A DNA stretch of 62,862 nucleotides, the filler included. It is 4 parts of 4 records of this genome, joined end to end, with 100 filler letters (N's around TTAATTAATTAA, not from the genome) between each part and the next. Parts side by side here need not be neighbours in the genome. Positions count along the whole stretch, not along the records: positions 15,753 to 34,701 come from SRR2962707_4523; positions 34,802 to 57,416 come from SRR2962707_4526; 2 more parts are not named here. The stretch is one strand, 5' to 3'. Below the pieces are notes generated by a model, which saw only the letters and a list, made by a program, of their open reading frames with translations, did not search any database and was not told the origin of the DNA. Both the position numbers and the translations under genes were made by a program. This document shows, in pieces, positions 33,851 through 44,765 of the stretch; the stretch's first letter is position 1, and every line of letters begins with the position of its first letter.

Positions 33851-34627
33851 GCGCACTGCCGAGTGAGCTAGCTGTGAAGAAATCCTCTCCAAACACTTAA
33901 TTTTCTTTTTCACATTATTTGCTTCGCCTCATTCACTATTCCTGAAACTTCCTTCTATCCGGTTTGGATTCCCTTTGCAGCGCCTGTGAGCGTGATGCTT
34001 CGGAGTGGGTTTGTTCTCATCGCTCTAGGCCTTTTGTTATTCTTGATCACAACGTCATAATACGTATCATGATACTGTTTAGTTATTCTTTTATTTATCT
34101 ACCGGTAGATCCAGCTCTTGTGCGTGGTTCGCTCTCTGCCTAAATTAAATTAAAAAATAGCAATAGTAACGACGAACTTCTATACTAATCAAACAGTATA
34201 ATTTAAGTGCGTTACTTTATTATCTGTTAACTGGTAGCTGCACAAACGGTCCGCTCCTGCGCTTTGAGCGAAAATAGCTATTTATTTGGGTCAAAAGGCA
34301 GCATATAAAGGCCACCGTTTTTACGCTAAAAACGCTCATGTTAACAAAATAAAAAATCCATATTGTGGTCTTAAAAAGACGCTACCAATTGTTTTTTTTT
34401 TCTTATGGCATACCGAAACAAGAATCCAGTGTGGGAGATGAGGTTGTGAGTGAGTGAGTGAGTGAGGCGGCTATAAAATACCAGTGTATTCCCCATTTGA
34501 TAATTTAATGTTAACGAACTTGTTATTTAGTCTATGGCTTTTCGCTAACATCTGGAACACCGGTAGAAAAGGGAAACGCGCATCGAATCATCGACCGAAT
34601 TCGATGCAGCACAGGAGTGACGTCTAC

Positions 34628-34701
34628 CACTCACTCCGCTCCCTCATTCATTCACTCACGCTCACTCACTTCTCACTCACTCACTCACTGACTCACGCAC
34701 T
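34628..34701 (+). repeat. (CTCA)n tract at contig end
   Basis: CACTCACTCC...CTCACTCACTCACTCACTGACTCAC; a (GTGA)n tract in the opposite orientation lies at 34447-34466. Confidence 0.85.
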
Positions 34702-34801
34702 NNNNNNNNNNNNNNNNNNNNNNNNNNNNNNNNNNNNNNNNNNNNTTAATTAATTAANNNNNNNNNNNNNNNNNNNNNNNNNNNNNNNNNNNNNNNNNNN
34801 N
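34702..34801. other. Artificial contig spacer
   Basis: N44 + TTAATTAATTAA + N44. Confidence 0.98.
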
Positions 34802-35005
34802 ATGGCTACTGGTACCGTTAAATGGTTCAACGAGTCCAAGGGGTTCGGTTTCATCTCCCAGGACGACGGTGGTGCGGACGTATTCGTTCACTTCAGCGCG
34901 ATCCAAGGCTCCGGGTTCCGTACCCTGGCTGAAGGTCAGAAAGTTTCCTTCGATATCCAGCAGGGCCCGAAAGGCCCGCAGGCAGCTAACGTAGAAGCCG
35001 GCTAA
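34802..35005 (+). CDS. cspA: Cold-shock protein (CspA family)
   Basis: [24 protein letters not shown] and [10 protein letters not shown]. Confidence 0.96.
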   Translation: MATGTVKWFNESKGFGFISQDDGGADVFVHFSAIQGSGFRTLAEGQKVSFDIQQGPKGPQAANVEAG

Positions 35006-35022
35006 GGCTTCTTAGTACGCTG

Positions 35023-35049
35023 GAAAGCCCCGCCTCGCGCGGGGTTTTC
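35023..35049 (+). terminator. Intrinsic terminator after csp
   Basis: GAAAGCCCCGC-loop-GCGGGGTTTTC. Confidence 0.75.
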
Positions 35050-35212
35050 ATATTAAGGACTCAGGGCGACGGCGAAAGCCGGACCGTCGGATTCTTCTTT
35101 TTTATCTCCCAACCTCCCCTTTGCTCCGGACAACCTGTCCGCCGCGGCAACTTGACGGCCTCGCCACGTCTCCCTGTATTACGACGACAATCGACAAAGC
35201 CAGGCAGAGACC

Positions 35213-36310
35213 ATGACGATTACCCTGTATGGCGGTGAAGTCAGCTACTTCACTGGCAAAGTCCGCGCCTACCTGCGCTGGGCGGATCTTCCGTTCGAGG
35301 AAGTGATCGCCAGTGCCGACGTTTACAGACAGGTGATTCTCCCCTCCGTGGGCGTACCAGTGATTCCGGTACTGCGCACCCAAAGCGGCGAGATCCTGCA
35401 AGACACCACTGTGATCATCGATACCCTGGACCGGGATCGCGCCAACGGCCCGCCTTCCGTCTATCCCGCCACCCCGATTCGCAAGCTGGTCGCACTGATG
35501 CTGGAAACCTACGGGGATGAATGGCTGGTGATCCCCGCCATGCACTACCGTTGGCACTATGATCGCGAATGGGCAATGGGCGAATTCGGCGCCCTCAATG
35601 CGCCTCAGGCGTCCGCCGAAGAGCAGTTCAAGATTGGCGGCAAGCTGGCCGTGCCTTTCTCCAACGCCGCGTCACTGTTGGGCGCCACACCGGACATGAT
35701 GGACGCGGTGGAAACTGCCTACGAAGCCCTGCTGGCGGAGTTGGATGCCCATTTCGCCTCGTCACCAGCCCTGCTTGGAGCCCAGGCCACCATGGCCGAC
35801 TTCGGCCTGATCGGTCCGCTCTATGCCCATCTCTATCGCGATCCCACACCCGGTGAGCTAATGCGTCGGCGGGCACCGAACGTGACACGCTGGGTGGAGG
35901 AGCTGCAGTTTCAGCCCCAGCGATTGAGGCAACCGCTGGACGATGGCGATGACATCCCCGCCACGCTGCTGCCGATTCTGCGCCGTATGGCCCGGGAACA
36001 GTTGCCGCCTTTAGTGGACGCCGCCGGCAAGGTCAGCGCCTGGATGGCGGAGCATCCCGGCGAGCCTCTGCCCCGGACCCTGGGCAAGCACGGGTTTGAG
36101 CTGGAAGGCCGGCGCGGGGAAAGAATCCTGCGCCCCTATAGTCTGTGGATGGTGCAGCGAATCCGTGACCATCTGAAAAGTCTGGAGCCGGCGGCCCGGG
36201 AACAGGCCGATGCCTTTTTACGTTCGATTGGCGCCGACGCCTTGATTGATTTTCCAGACCCGCCAAGACTGGCCCGGGACAAATTGTCCGTACGACCAGC
36301 CGGGGGTTGA
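35213..36310 (+). CDS. Glutathione S-transferase family protein (long form)
   Basis: SYFTGKVRAYL, VIPVL, QDTTVII and TMADFGLIGPLYAHLYRDP. Confidence 0.85.
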   Translation: MTITLYGGEVSYFTGKVRAYLRWADLPFEEVIASADVYRQVILPSVGVPVIPVLRTQSGEILQDTTVIIDTLDRDRANGPPSVYPATPIRKLVALMLETYGDEWLVIPAMHYRWHYDREWAMGEFGALNAPQASAEEQFKIGGKLAVPFSNAASLLGATPDMMDAVETAYEALLAELDAHFASSPALLGAQATMADFGLIGPLYAHLYRDPTPGELMRRRAPNVTRWVEELQFQPQRLRQPLDDGDDIPATLLPILRRMAREQLPPLVDAAGKVSAWMAEHPGEPLPRTLGKHGFELEGRRGERILRPYSLWMVQRIRDHLKSLEPAAREQADAFLRSIGADALIDFPDPPRLARDKLSVRPAGG

Positions 36311-36363
36311 AGGCCGCCGAATCGCTCGTCCGTACAAGCGGCGACAGCCCTGCCTTTAGCGGA

Positions 36364-37704
36364 TCAGACCACGCCCTGGCGCAGCATCGCCTCCGCCACC
36401 CGCACGAAGCCGGCCACACTGGCGCCCTGGACATAATCCGGGCGCTTGCCCTGGCCACCATATTCCAGGCACTTATGGTGGATGCGCGACATGATGTCGT
36501 GCAGACGCCGATCCACTTCTTCACGGCTCCAGGGATGACGCAGGCTGTTCTGACTCATCTCCAGACCGCTTACCGCCACACCGCCGGCGTTGGCGGCCTT
36601 GCCGGGTCCGTAACCGACACCGTGGCTCACTAAATGGGCAATCGCCTCCGTGGTGGTGGGCATATTGGCGCCCTCCGCCACCCAGCGGCAGCCATTTTCC
36701 ACCAGAACACGGGCGTCCTGTTCATCCAGTTCATTCTGGGTTGCACAGGGCAAGGCGATGTCACAGGGGAACCGCCAGGGCTTGATGCCGCTTTCGTAGG
36801 TCAGACCATCGTGGTGCTCCGGCAGTTGATGGAGGCGACCACCTTCCTCCTGGATCCGATCAAGGGTCTCCAGATGTTCCTGAGTCAGCCCGTTGGGAGC
36901 ATGCAAGGCACCGCGGGAGTCGGACAAAGTGATGACCGTGGCGCCTTCCGCCAACGCCTTCTCCGCCGCGTAGCGGGCCACGTTACCAGCGCCGGACACC
37001 GCTATCCGCCGCCCCTCCAGGGACTCTTGCTGTTCCTGAAGCATGTATTGTAGGAAATACACCAACCCATAGCCGGTGGCTTCGGTACGCAGCAGGCTGC
37101 CACCGAAGACCGGCGATTTGCCGGTGATGGCACCGCTGTCATGGGAGCGGTTCAGTTTCCGGTACATACCAAACAAGTAGCCGATTTCCCGGGCCCCGAC
37201 ACCAATATCTCCGGCCGGGACGTCGACATCGGAACCGATATGATCGAACAGTTCCGCCATAAAGGCCTGGCAGAATCGCATGATCTCGCCATCGGAACGG
37301 CCATGGGGGTCAAAATCCGCTCCCCCTTTACCAGACCCCAGGGGCAGGTCGGTTAACGCATTCTTGATGGTCTGTTCCAGAGCCAGGAAACGCAGGACAT
37401 CGAGATTTACCGACGGATGGAAGCGCAATCCGCCTTTATAAGGGCCGAGAGAACCGTTCATTTGCACACGAAAACCACGGTTCACCTGCACCCTCCCCTG
37501 ATCATCCACCCAGGGAACACGGAAAATGATCACCCGCTCCGGCTCCAGCAGACGCGCGAACAAACTCGGATCCGCGTAGCGAGGCTGGTTCCGCAGGAAC
37601 GGCGCCAACCCTTCAAGCAGACCACTGGCCGCCTGGTGGAAGTAGGTTTGATGGGGATCTTTTTCCCGCAGTCCATTGATCAGGGTATCGATGTCTATAG
37701 TCAA
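36364..37704 (-). CDS. gdhA: NADP-specific glutamate dehydrogenase
   Basis: GPYKGGLRFHPSV, GKGGADFDP, DVPAGDIGVG, RTEATGYG, PCATQNE and KAANAGGVAVSGLEM. Confidence 0.95.
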   Translation of the reverse strand: MTIDIDTLINGLREKDPHQTYFHQAASGLLEGLAPFLRNQPRYADPSLFARLLEPERVIIFRVPWVDDQGRVQVNRGFRVQMNGSLGPYKGGLRFHPSVNLDVLRFLALEQTIKNALTDLPLGSGKGGADFDPHGRSDGEIMRFCQAFMAELFDHIGSDVDVPAGDIGVGAREIGYLFGMYRKLNRSHDSGAITGKSPVFGGSLLRTEATGYGLVYFLQYMLQEQQESLEGRRIAVSGAGNVARYAAEKALAEGATVITLSDSRGALHAPNGLTQEHLETLDRIQEEGGRLHQLPEHHDGLTYESGIKPWRFPCDIALPCATQNELDEQDARVLVENGCRWVAEGANMPTTTEAIAHLVSHGVGYGPGKAANAGGVAVSGLEMSQNSLRHPWSREEVDRRLHDIMSRIHHKCLEYGGQGKRPDYVQGASVAGFVRVAEAMLRQGVV

Positions 37705-37716
37705 AGCCGTCTCCTT

Positions 37717-38379
37717 TTATTCAGGCAATACTTGATCCAATCGTTGTTTTCGACGCCGCCAGTCCGGCATGCGTCTATCCATAAGGTCATGGAATTGCGG
37801 TCCATGATGGGCGTACTCCAAGTGACAAAGTTCGTGCATTACCACGTAATCGATCACCTCAAGGTCGTAGCGCATCAGCGCCAGGTTCAGGTTGATGTAC
37901 CCCCGCTGGGACAAAGATCCCCAGCGAGTGCGCATTTTCTTGATCCTCAATACCGGTAATTCATGGCCACGGGCCGCGAACCAGTGGAATTGCCGTTCGA
38001 TACTGTGCTGGAACTGGTCGCGCGCCTGTCGCCGCCACCAGGCTTCCACGGCTTCCCTGACCGTCTCCTCCAACGCCGGCGGCGGCACCGCCACGGTCAG
38101 AATATCCCCTTCCAGCTCCACCCGGGGTCTGGCCGCATGGGTAACCCGCAACCGCACCGGGCGGCCCAGGTGCGGCACGGTATCACCTTCCCGCCAATGC
38201 TGGCGAGGCCGGGCGCGCCAATAGGCCTGCTGGCGCCGGATCCAGTCCCGGTGTTCGTGCACGAAGTCATCGATGTGCCGGCGGCCGAGACGTAACGGCG
38301 CGCGGACTTCGACCTGGCCATCGGCCGCCACTCGTAAAGCCAGTGTACGTCGCTTGGAGCGAACCAGTTGATAATCCAT
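37717..38379 (-). CDS. YgjP/DUF45 (M48-like) zinc metallohydrolase
   Basis: RSKRRTL, MRTRWGS and DYVVMHELCH...HGPQF (HExxH). Confidence 0.9.
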   Translation of the reverse strand: MDYQLVRSKRRTLALRVAADGQVEVRAPLRLGRRHIDDFVHEHRDWIRRQQAYWRARPRQHWREGDTVPHLGRPVRLRVTHAARPRVELEGDILTVAVPPPALEETVREAVEAWWRRQARDQFQHSIERQFHWFAARGHELPVLRIKKMRTRWGSLSQRGYINLNLALMRYDLEVIDYVVMHELCHLEYAHHGPQFHDLMDRRMPDWRRRKQRLDQVLPE

Positions 38380-38419
38380 GCGGGTTACCTGGAGATATCC
38401 GGTGCGGGACGGGGCCGGA

Positions 38420-41400
38420 TCAGCGATCCGTTTCCCGCCGCATTTGCGACGCCAGCTGCTGAGCCACCGCGTCCGCCGGGCGGGCGTAGGGGGCCAGCCA
38501 CAGATAGAGCACGGGAATAATGAACAGGGTCAGCACAGTGGCGAACAATAGGCCACCGAGAATCACCACCCCTATGGTCATGCGGCTTTCCGCTCCGGCA
38601 CCGGTGGCCAGCACCAGGGGGACCGCGCCAAAGATGGTGGAAATACCCGTCATCAATACGGGCCGGAAGCGTAGAATAGCACCTTGATAGACCGCCTCAC
38701 GTACCGCCAGCCCCTGGTCGCGCAGCTGATTGGCGAATTCGACGATAAGAATACCATTCTTGGCCATCAGTCCCACCAGCATCACCATACCGATCTGACT
38801 GTAGATATTCAGGCTGTTGCCGGTCACACGCAACGCCAGAATGGCGCCGGCGATCGCCAGGGGCACCGTCAGCATAATGATCAGCGGATGGATCCAGCTT
38901 TCGAATTGCGCCGCCAATACCAGGAAGACGATCACCAGAGCCAGCAGGAACGTGATCAGGATTGCCGCGGAAGCCTCGGTGAATTCCTGGGCGACACCTT
39001 TATAGCTCAGGCGCGCTTCCAGCGGCAGGCTTTCCTGAACGGTCCGTTCGATGAAATCCAGCGCGCTGCCCAGATCATAGCCGGGGGCCAGATTCGCCGA
39101 CAACGTCACCGCCGGCAGACGGTCCAGCCTTCTCAGTTCCGGCGCCGCCCCCAGGGTGCGCAACTCCACCAGACTGGACAGCGGCACCAGGTCGCCGGCG
39201 GCGGTGCGAACATAAATCGAATTGATGTCGTCCGGGATGCGAGCATCCTGTTCCCGCGCTTCCAAAAGGACATCGTACTCACGGCCCCGGTCGATATAAG
39301 TCGAGGCCGTCAGGGTGGCGAACATGGCTTGCAGGGTCTGGCCCACTTCGGCGGCGGAAATGCCGAAGTCCGCCGCCCGGTCCCGGTCGATCACCACTTC
39401 CACCTGGGGCTGGGTTTCCTCGTAATCGGTGTCCACGCTCAACAGATTGGGATTGGCGGCCATGGCGGCGCGCAGGGTTTCGCTCCAGCCCACCACGGAA
39501 TCGTAATCCTGTCCTCCGATTACCACTTCCAGTTCCTGATCGAAGCCGCTCTGCCCCAGCCCCGGCGGGTTGACGGCAAACACCCGCAGGCCGGGCACAG
39601 TGGTGACTTCGCCACGGATGTCGTTAACGATGTCCTGCTGGCTCCGGTTCCGCCCCTCCCAGGGCTCCAGCCGCACGATGCTGAAACCGCGCTCGACCTG
39701 GCCGCGGAAACCGACAATGGATAACACCCGAACCGCCAGCCCATCCTCGATCAGGGGCAGCAGTTTTTCTTCCACTTTCTGGATATGGTGACTGGCGTAT
39801 GCGGTACTGGATCCCTGGGGGGCGTTCGCCGACACGATGAACACACCCCGATCCTCGGTGGGGGCCAGTTCCCGGGACAGCTGGCTGAATACCCCCCCCG
39901 CGGCCACGCAGATCAGCACCGAGATCACCACAATGGGAGCGGGTCGCCGCAGAGTCTTAGCCAATCTCGTCCCGTAGGCCTGGTTGAGTCCATTCAGCGC
40001 CCGGTTGAGCAGGTTGTTCTGTTCCTGCTTTTCCTGCTCAGGGGTGTGCGCGTGCAACCAGCGGGAGCACAGCATCGGAGCCAGGGACAACGCCACTATG
40101 CTGGAAATGATCACCGCCACCGCCAGGGTAAAACCGAACTCGCCAAACAGACGTCCGACATCGCCCCCCATGAAAGAGATCGGTACAAAGACCGCCACCA
40201 GAGTGGCGGTAGTGGCGATGACCGCGAAGGCCACCTGCCGAGCCCCCAAGAAAGCGGCCACCAGACGACTTTCACCTTCGTCGATACGCCTCTGGATGTT
40301 CTCGAGCATGACGATGGCATCGTCCACCACCAGACCGATGGCCAGAATCAGCGCCAACAACGTCAGCACATTGATGGAAAATCCGAGAATTCCCAGGCCA
40401 ATAAACGCCCCCACGATGGACACCGGGATAGTGACCGCCGGAATCAGCGTGGCGCGCAAATTTCCCAGGAAAACGAAAATCACCAGAATCACCAGCGTTA
40501 CGCTCATCGCCAGCGTCACCAGCACTTCCTTGATGGAGGCACGAATAAACAGCGATTCGTCGTGATTCACATCCAGGCGAATGTCATCAGGCAGGTTATT
40601 GCGCACCGCCTCGATTTCTTCGCGGACATTGTTGGACACGGTGACGGTATTGGCCTTGGACTGGCGCACCACCCCGAGCCCGATGGCGGTCTGGCCGTTG
40701 GCTCGCAACACTGTGTCGTCGTTTTCCACGCCCAGCGCCACCCGCGCCACATCCCCCAGCCGCAACAGATAATTGCCCTGGCGATGCACCACCATGCGGT
40801 TGAACTCTTCCACCGAGCCAAGCCGGCTGTCGGCGCGAACGGTGAAGCTGCGGCTATCGGAATCCAGACGGCCGGCCGGCAATTCCACGTTGTTGGCACG
40901 CAGAGCGTTGTAGATATCGGTGACCGTGACATCGTTGGCGGCCATGCGCTGACGATCCAGCCATACGCGCATGGCATAGCGGCGTTCACCGCCGATGATG
41001 ACTTCGGAAACCCCGCCCAGAACAGCGAAACGGTCCACCAGGGAACGTTCGGCGAAATCCGTCAGCTCTTGTGGCGCCAGGCTGTCACTGCTGAGCGTGA
41101 CCCACATGATCGGCCGGGCATCAGCGTCGGTCTTGGCGATCACCGGCGCTTCCGCTTCCTCCGGCAGACGATTAAGCACCCGCGACACCGCGTCGCGGAC
41201 ATCGTTGGCGGCGACGTCCAAATCCCGGTCCAGGTTGAATTCCACCGAGGTGCGAGCGGACCCCCGGCGGGAACGGGATTCAATGCGGCGCACGCCTTCC
41301 ACGCCGGCGATGGCCCCTTCGATGACCTGAATGATCTGAGTATCGATGACCTCCGGCGCCGCCCCCGGGTACTCCACCGCCACCGATACCTCGGGGGGAT

Positions 41401-41521
41401 CGATATCCGGATATTCCCGCACCGGCAGCTTCATCAAGGCGCTGATGCCGAACACCACGATCAGCAGACTGATCACGGTGGCGAACACCGGACGCTTGAT
41501 GGAGACATCGCTGAGGATCAT
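38420..41521 (-). CDS. RND efflux transporter permease (AcrB/MexW-like)
   Basis: SIKRPVFA, REYPDID, GLVVDDAIVMLENI, KNGILIVEFA and RFRPVLMT. Confidence 0.96.
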   Translation of the reverse strand: MILSDVSIKRPVFATVISLLIVVFGISALMKLPVREYPDIDPPEVSVAVEYPGAAPEVIDTQIIQVIEGAIAGVEGVRRIESRSRRGSARTSVEFNLDRDLDVAANDVRDAVSRVLNRLPEEAEAPVIAKTDADARPIMWVTLSSDSLAPQELTDFAERSLVDRFAVLGGVSEVIIGGERRYAMRVWLDRQRMAANDVTVTDIYNALRANNVELPAGRLDSDSRSFTVRADSRLGSVEEFNRMVVHRQGNYLLRLGDVARVALGVENDDTVLRANGQTAIGLGVVRQSKANTVTVSNNVREEIEAVRNNLPDDIRLDVNHDESLFIRASIKEVLVTLAMSVTLVILVIFVFLGNLRATLIPAVTIPVSIVGAFIGLGILGFSINVLTLLALILAIGLVVDDAIVMLENIQRRIDEGESRLVAAFLGARQVAFAVIATTATLVAVFVPISFMGGDVGRLFGEFGFTLAVAVIISSIVALSLAPMLCSRWLHAHTPEQEKQEQNNLLNRALNGLNQAYGTRLAKTLRRPAPIVVISVLICVAAGGVFSQLSRELAPTEDRGVFIVSANAPQGSSTAYASHHIQKVEEKLLPLIEDGLAVRVLSIVGFRGQVERGFSIVRLEPWEGRNRSQQDIVNDIRGEVTTVPGLRVFAVNPPGLGQSGFDQELEVVIGGQDYDSVVGWSETLRAAMAANPNLLSVDTDYEETQPQVEVVIDRDRAADFGISAAEVGQTLQAMFATLTASTYIDRGREYDVLLEAREQDARIPDDINSIYVRTAAGDLVPLSSLVELRTLGAAPELRRLDRLPAVTLSANLAPGYDLGSALDFIERTVQESLPLEARLSYKGVAQEFTEASAAILITFLLALVIVFLVLAAQFESWIHPLIIMLTVPLAIAGAILALRVTGNSLNIYSQIGMVMLVGLMAKNGILIVEFANQLRDQGLAVREAVYQGAILRFRPVLMTGISTIFGAVPLVLATGAGAESRMTIGVVILGGLLFATVLTLFIIPVLYLWLAPYARPADAVAQQLASQMRRETDR

Positions 41522-42609
41522 CAGGCACTGGTCTCCAGCAGAACCCGCTGAGACGGCAGCAGCGCCCCTTCATCCTCGACCACCTTCACCGGCGCGCCGC
41601 TGCCAAGCCGGCTGTGCCCGTTAACGATTACCGCGTCGTCATCGCCGAGGCCCTGGACCACTTCGACCCAGCCGTCCCGGCGCCCGCCCAGCTCCACCGG
41701 CAACCGCAAAGCTGTGTTGTTCTCGGCTACCACGAACACGAAATTCTGGGCGCCCTGGGCGACAATCGCCTGTTCCGGTACCAGCAAGGCCTGATGCTGG
41801 CTGAGCAGGATATCGATTTGCAGCAGTTGCCCCGGCCGCAGCAGCCCATCACTGTTGTCCAGACTGCCTTTCACCGACAACGTCCGGCTGGCGGCGTTGA
41901 CGCGGGAGTCCAGCAACGTGACCTTGCCCTGGAAAAGGCGCTCCGGATAGCTGTCGCTGGACACCATCAATACCAGCCCCGGCTTCACCCGGGCCAGATA
42001 GCGCTCCGGCACCTCGAAGGTCACTTCCAGATTGCGCACGCTATCCAGGGTGACCACCGGCGTACCCGGCTGCAGATAAGCACCGGGGTCGACCTGGCGC
42101 AACCCCACCACGCCTTCGAAAGGCGCGCGGATCTTATGCTTTTCATAGGTGGCCTGGGCCACCCGCAAAGCCGCCCGGGCCGCTTCCATGCCGTTCTTGA
42201 GGTTGTCCACCTCGGCCTGGGAAATGGCACGGCTGTCGATCAGACGGGAAGCACGCTGGTAATCGGACAGCGCCCGCTGGTATTCAGCGCGCAGCCGGTC
42301 CCGCTCACCTTCGGCCTGGCGATCATCCAGCTCCACCAGCAGGTCTCCGGCGTCAACGGCCTGCCCTTCCTGAAAATGCACTTGCATCACCCGGCCTTCC
42401 ACCTCCGCGGACAGTACCACGGCGCGGGTGGCACGGGCGTTGCCCACCACTTCCACTTTTTCCGTCAGGGGACGTACCAGAGCCGAAATCACATTGACCG
42501 TGGTCGCCGGCCGGGCTCCGGTGGCCGCCGGCTCTTCAGCCCGCCACCACCAGAACAGCGCAACCGCCGCCACGACTATCACCACCACAAAGGCGCCCAC
42601 ACGCACCAT
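41521..42609 (-). CDS. RND efflux periplasmic adaptor (MFP)
   Basis: N-terminal TM; FQEGQAVDAGDLLV, IRAPFEGVVG and LLRPG. Confidence 0.94.
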   Translation of the reverse strand: MVRVGAFVVVIVVAAVALFWWWRAEEPAATGARPATTVNVISALVRPLTEKVEVVGNARATRAVVLSAEVEGRVMQVHFQEGQAVDAGDLLVELDDRQAEGERDRLRAEYQRALSDYQRASRLIDSRAISQAEVDNLKNGMEAARAALRVAQATYEKHKIRAPFEGVVGLRQVDPGAYLQPGTPVVTLDSVRNLEVTFEVPERYLARVKPGLVLMVSSDSYPERLFQGKVTLLDSRVNAASRTLSVKGSLDNSDGLLRPGQLLQIDILLSQHQALLVPEQAIVAQGAQNFVFVVAENNTALRLPVELGGRRDGWVEVVQGLGDDDAVIVNGHSRLGSGAPVKVVEDEGALLPSQRVLLETSA

Positions 42610-42921
42610 CTTGTTCTCCGAGCAACAACGCCGTCACGGAGAGAACCGTGACCGGGCCGGCTCCCATAAAAAAATCAGGCAACCGAAGGTACCGGCACTG
42701 CCACGGGCCGGTAAGAAAGGATTGTTCTGTATTCCGTAATGATCGCCCTTGGCCTTCCAAGGCTTGAGCGTTATTCCGTGGATCGGACCCGGGAACCCGC
42801 CCGGGGTTCAAAGGCACTTACATTTGATACAACAGACCACGGAGTATGACACTGCATTGTGCAGTCATTATGTGACAGGGGGAAGGGCAAGCCGGCGGGA
42901 GGGCTCCCGCCGGCCGGAGGG

Positions 42922-44556
42922 TCAGACCAGCTCCGCGCGCATCTTTTTCTTGTCCAGTTTGCCCACGGAGGTGCGTGGCAGCTCCTCCACGAACACCACG
43001 CGATCCGGGATGCCATAGCGGCTGATCACACCCTTCTCGGCATAATCGGCCACCATGTCGATGATCGCCTGCGCTTCCACTTCGGCGCCCTTGACCACCA
43101 GCGCCACCGGGCGTTCACCCCATTTCTCGTCCGGCACGCCCACCACCGCGCACTCACGCACGGCATCGTGCTGAAGAATCAGGCTCTCCAGATCCAGGGA
43201 GGATACCCACTCGCCGCCGGTCTTGATGACGTCCTTGATGCGGTCGGTGATTTTCAGCCAACCATCGGCGTCGATCACCCCGATATCCCCGGTGTGCATC
43301 CAGCCACCGCGCCACAACTCTTGGGAATTGGACTCGTCTTTCAGGTACCCCTGGGTCAGCCAGGGGGCGCGCAGCACCAGCTCACCCTGCGACTTGCCGT
43401 CGTGGGGCACATCGTTCATGTCACCGTCGACAATGCGCCACTGCACCATGGGAACCGGACGGCCAGTGCGGGTGCGGTAATCCGCCTGGGTTTCCAGATC
43501 GGCCTGTTCCAGCTCCGGCGTCAGCAGAGCCAGGGAGATCAGCGGACAGGTCTCGCTCATGCCGTAACCGCTGTAAATGTCGATACCACGTTCCAGGGCT
43601 CCCTTGGCCAAGGGCTTGGGCAGCGCGGAACCGCCAATGATCACCTTCCAGCCACTCAGATCGATGTTCTTCACCGCTTCCGATTGCAACAGCATCTGAA
43701 TGATGGTGGGCACGCAGTGGGAGAAGGTCACCTTTTCAGTGATCAGCAGCTTGAGCAGGGTTTCCGGCACATAGCGGCCTGGATAAACCTGCTTCACGCC
43801 GAGCAAAGTGGCGACGAACGGCACGCCCCAGGCGTGCACGTGGAACATCGGCGTGATCGGCATGTACACGTCGTTCTGATTGAAACGGCCGTGACCGGTG
43901 CCGGTCAGAGCGGCACGGCCGGCAAAGGTGTGCAGCACCAGTTGCCGGTGGGAGAAGTACACGCCCTTGGGCAGCCCCGTAGTCCCCGTGGTGTAGAAGG
44001 TGGTGGCACGGGTATTCTCATCCAGCTCCGGGAAATCGAATTGGGCGGAAGCCTGGGCCACCAGAGCCTCGTACTCACCGGCCAGATCAATGGCGGTGTC
44101 GGTGTCGCCGCCTTCGTCATCCAGCAGAATGTAAGTCTTGACCGTCTCGATGCGGTCCTTGATCTGATCCAGCACCGGCAGGAATTCCCGGTTCACCAGA
44201 ATCACATCATCCTCGGCGTGGTTGATGGTGTAGAGAATCTGCTCCGGGCTCAGACGCACGTTCACGGTGTGCAGGACCGCGCCCATCATCGGCACGGCGA
44301 AGAACGCTTCCAGATAGCGATGGGTGTCCCAGTCCATCACCGCCACGGTATCACCGGGTTTCACTCCTTGCTGCTGCAAGGCGCTGGCGAGACGAGCAAC
44401 CCGCTCTCCCATTTCCCGATAGGTCATCCGCCGCTGGTCGGCGTAGACGATTTCCTGATTGGGTGCGTTGCGAACGCCGGCCTCCAGGATACTGTTGATC
44501 AAGAGCGGTGACTCCACGGCTTCCGCGGTACGCTGGATGGTCAGATCGTTGCTCAT
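42922..44556 (-). CDS. Fatty-acid--CoA ligase (AMP-binding)
   Basis: [38 protein letters not shown] and PRTSVGK. Confidence 0.94.
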   Translation of the reverse strand: MSNDLTIQRTAEAVESPLLINSILEAGVRNAPNQEIVYADQRRMTYREMGERVARLASALQQQGVKPGDTVAVMDWDTHRYLEAFFAVPMMGAVLHTVNVRLSPEQILYTINHAEDDVILVNREFLPVLDQIKDRIETVKTYILLDDEGGDTDTAIDLAGEYEALVAQASAQFDFPELDENTRATTFYTTGTTGLPKGVYFSHRQLVLHTFAGRAALTGTGHGRFNQNDVYMPITPMFHVHAWGVPFVATLLGVKQVYPGRYVPETLLKLLITEKVTFSHCVPTIIQMLLQSEAVKNIDLSGWKVIIGGSALPKPLAKGALERGIDIYSGYGMSETCPLISLALLTPELEQADLETQADYRTRTGRPVPMVQWRIVDGDMNDVPHDGKSQGELVLRAPWLTQGYLKDESNSQELWRGGWMHTGDIGVIDADGWLKITDRIKDVIKTGGEWVSSLDLESLILQHDAVRECAVVGVPDEKWGERPVALVVKGAEVEAQAIIDMVADYAEKGVISRYGIPDRVVFVEELPRTSVGKLDKKKMRAELV

Positions 44557-44765
44557 CGGTTACTACTCTCCATCACATTTTTATTGTCACAGTGGCGAAT
44601 CCGGACACCGGCGCCACGCCTGGCCTCCCCACATAAAATCGCCGGGAGCGATTCTTGACGTTGCCTTGGCAACGGCCCGGAGGGTGACCACCAGCGGAGG
44701 TGGTCACAAAAGCCCGGCGCCAAGCCTGTCACAGCTGATCGTCGAGGTCACGAGCGGCGGCTGAC

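Noticed and set aside
38420..42609. RND pump with no outer-membrane factor or regulator nearby
   Set aside because: Common arrangement; a TolC-like channel is usually encoded elsewhere.
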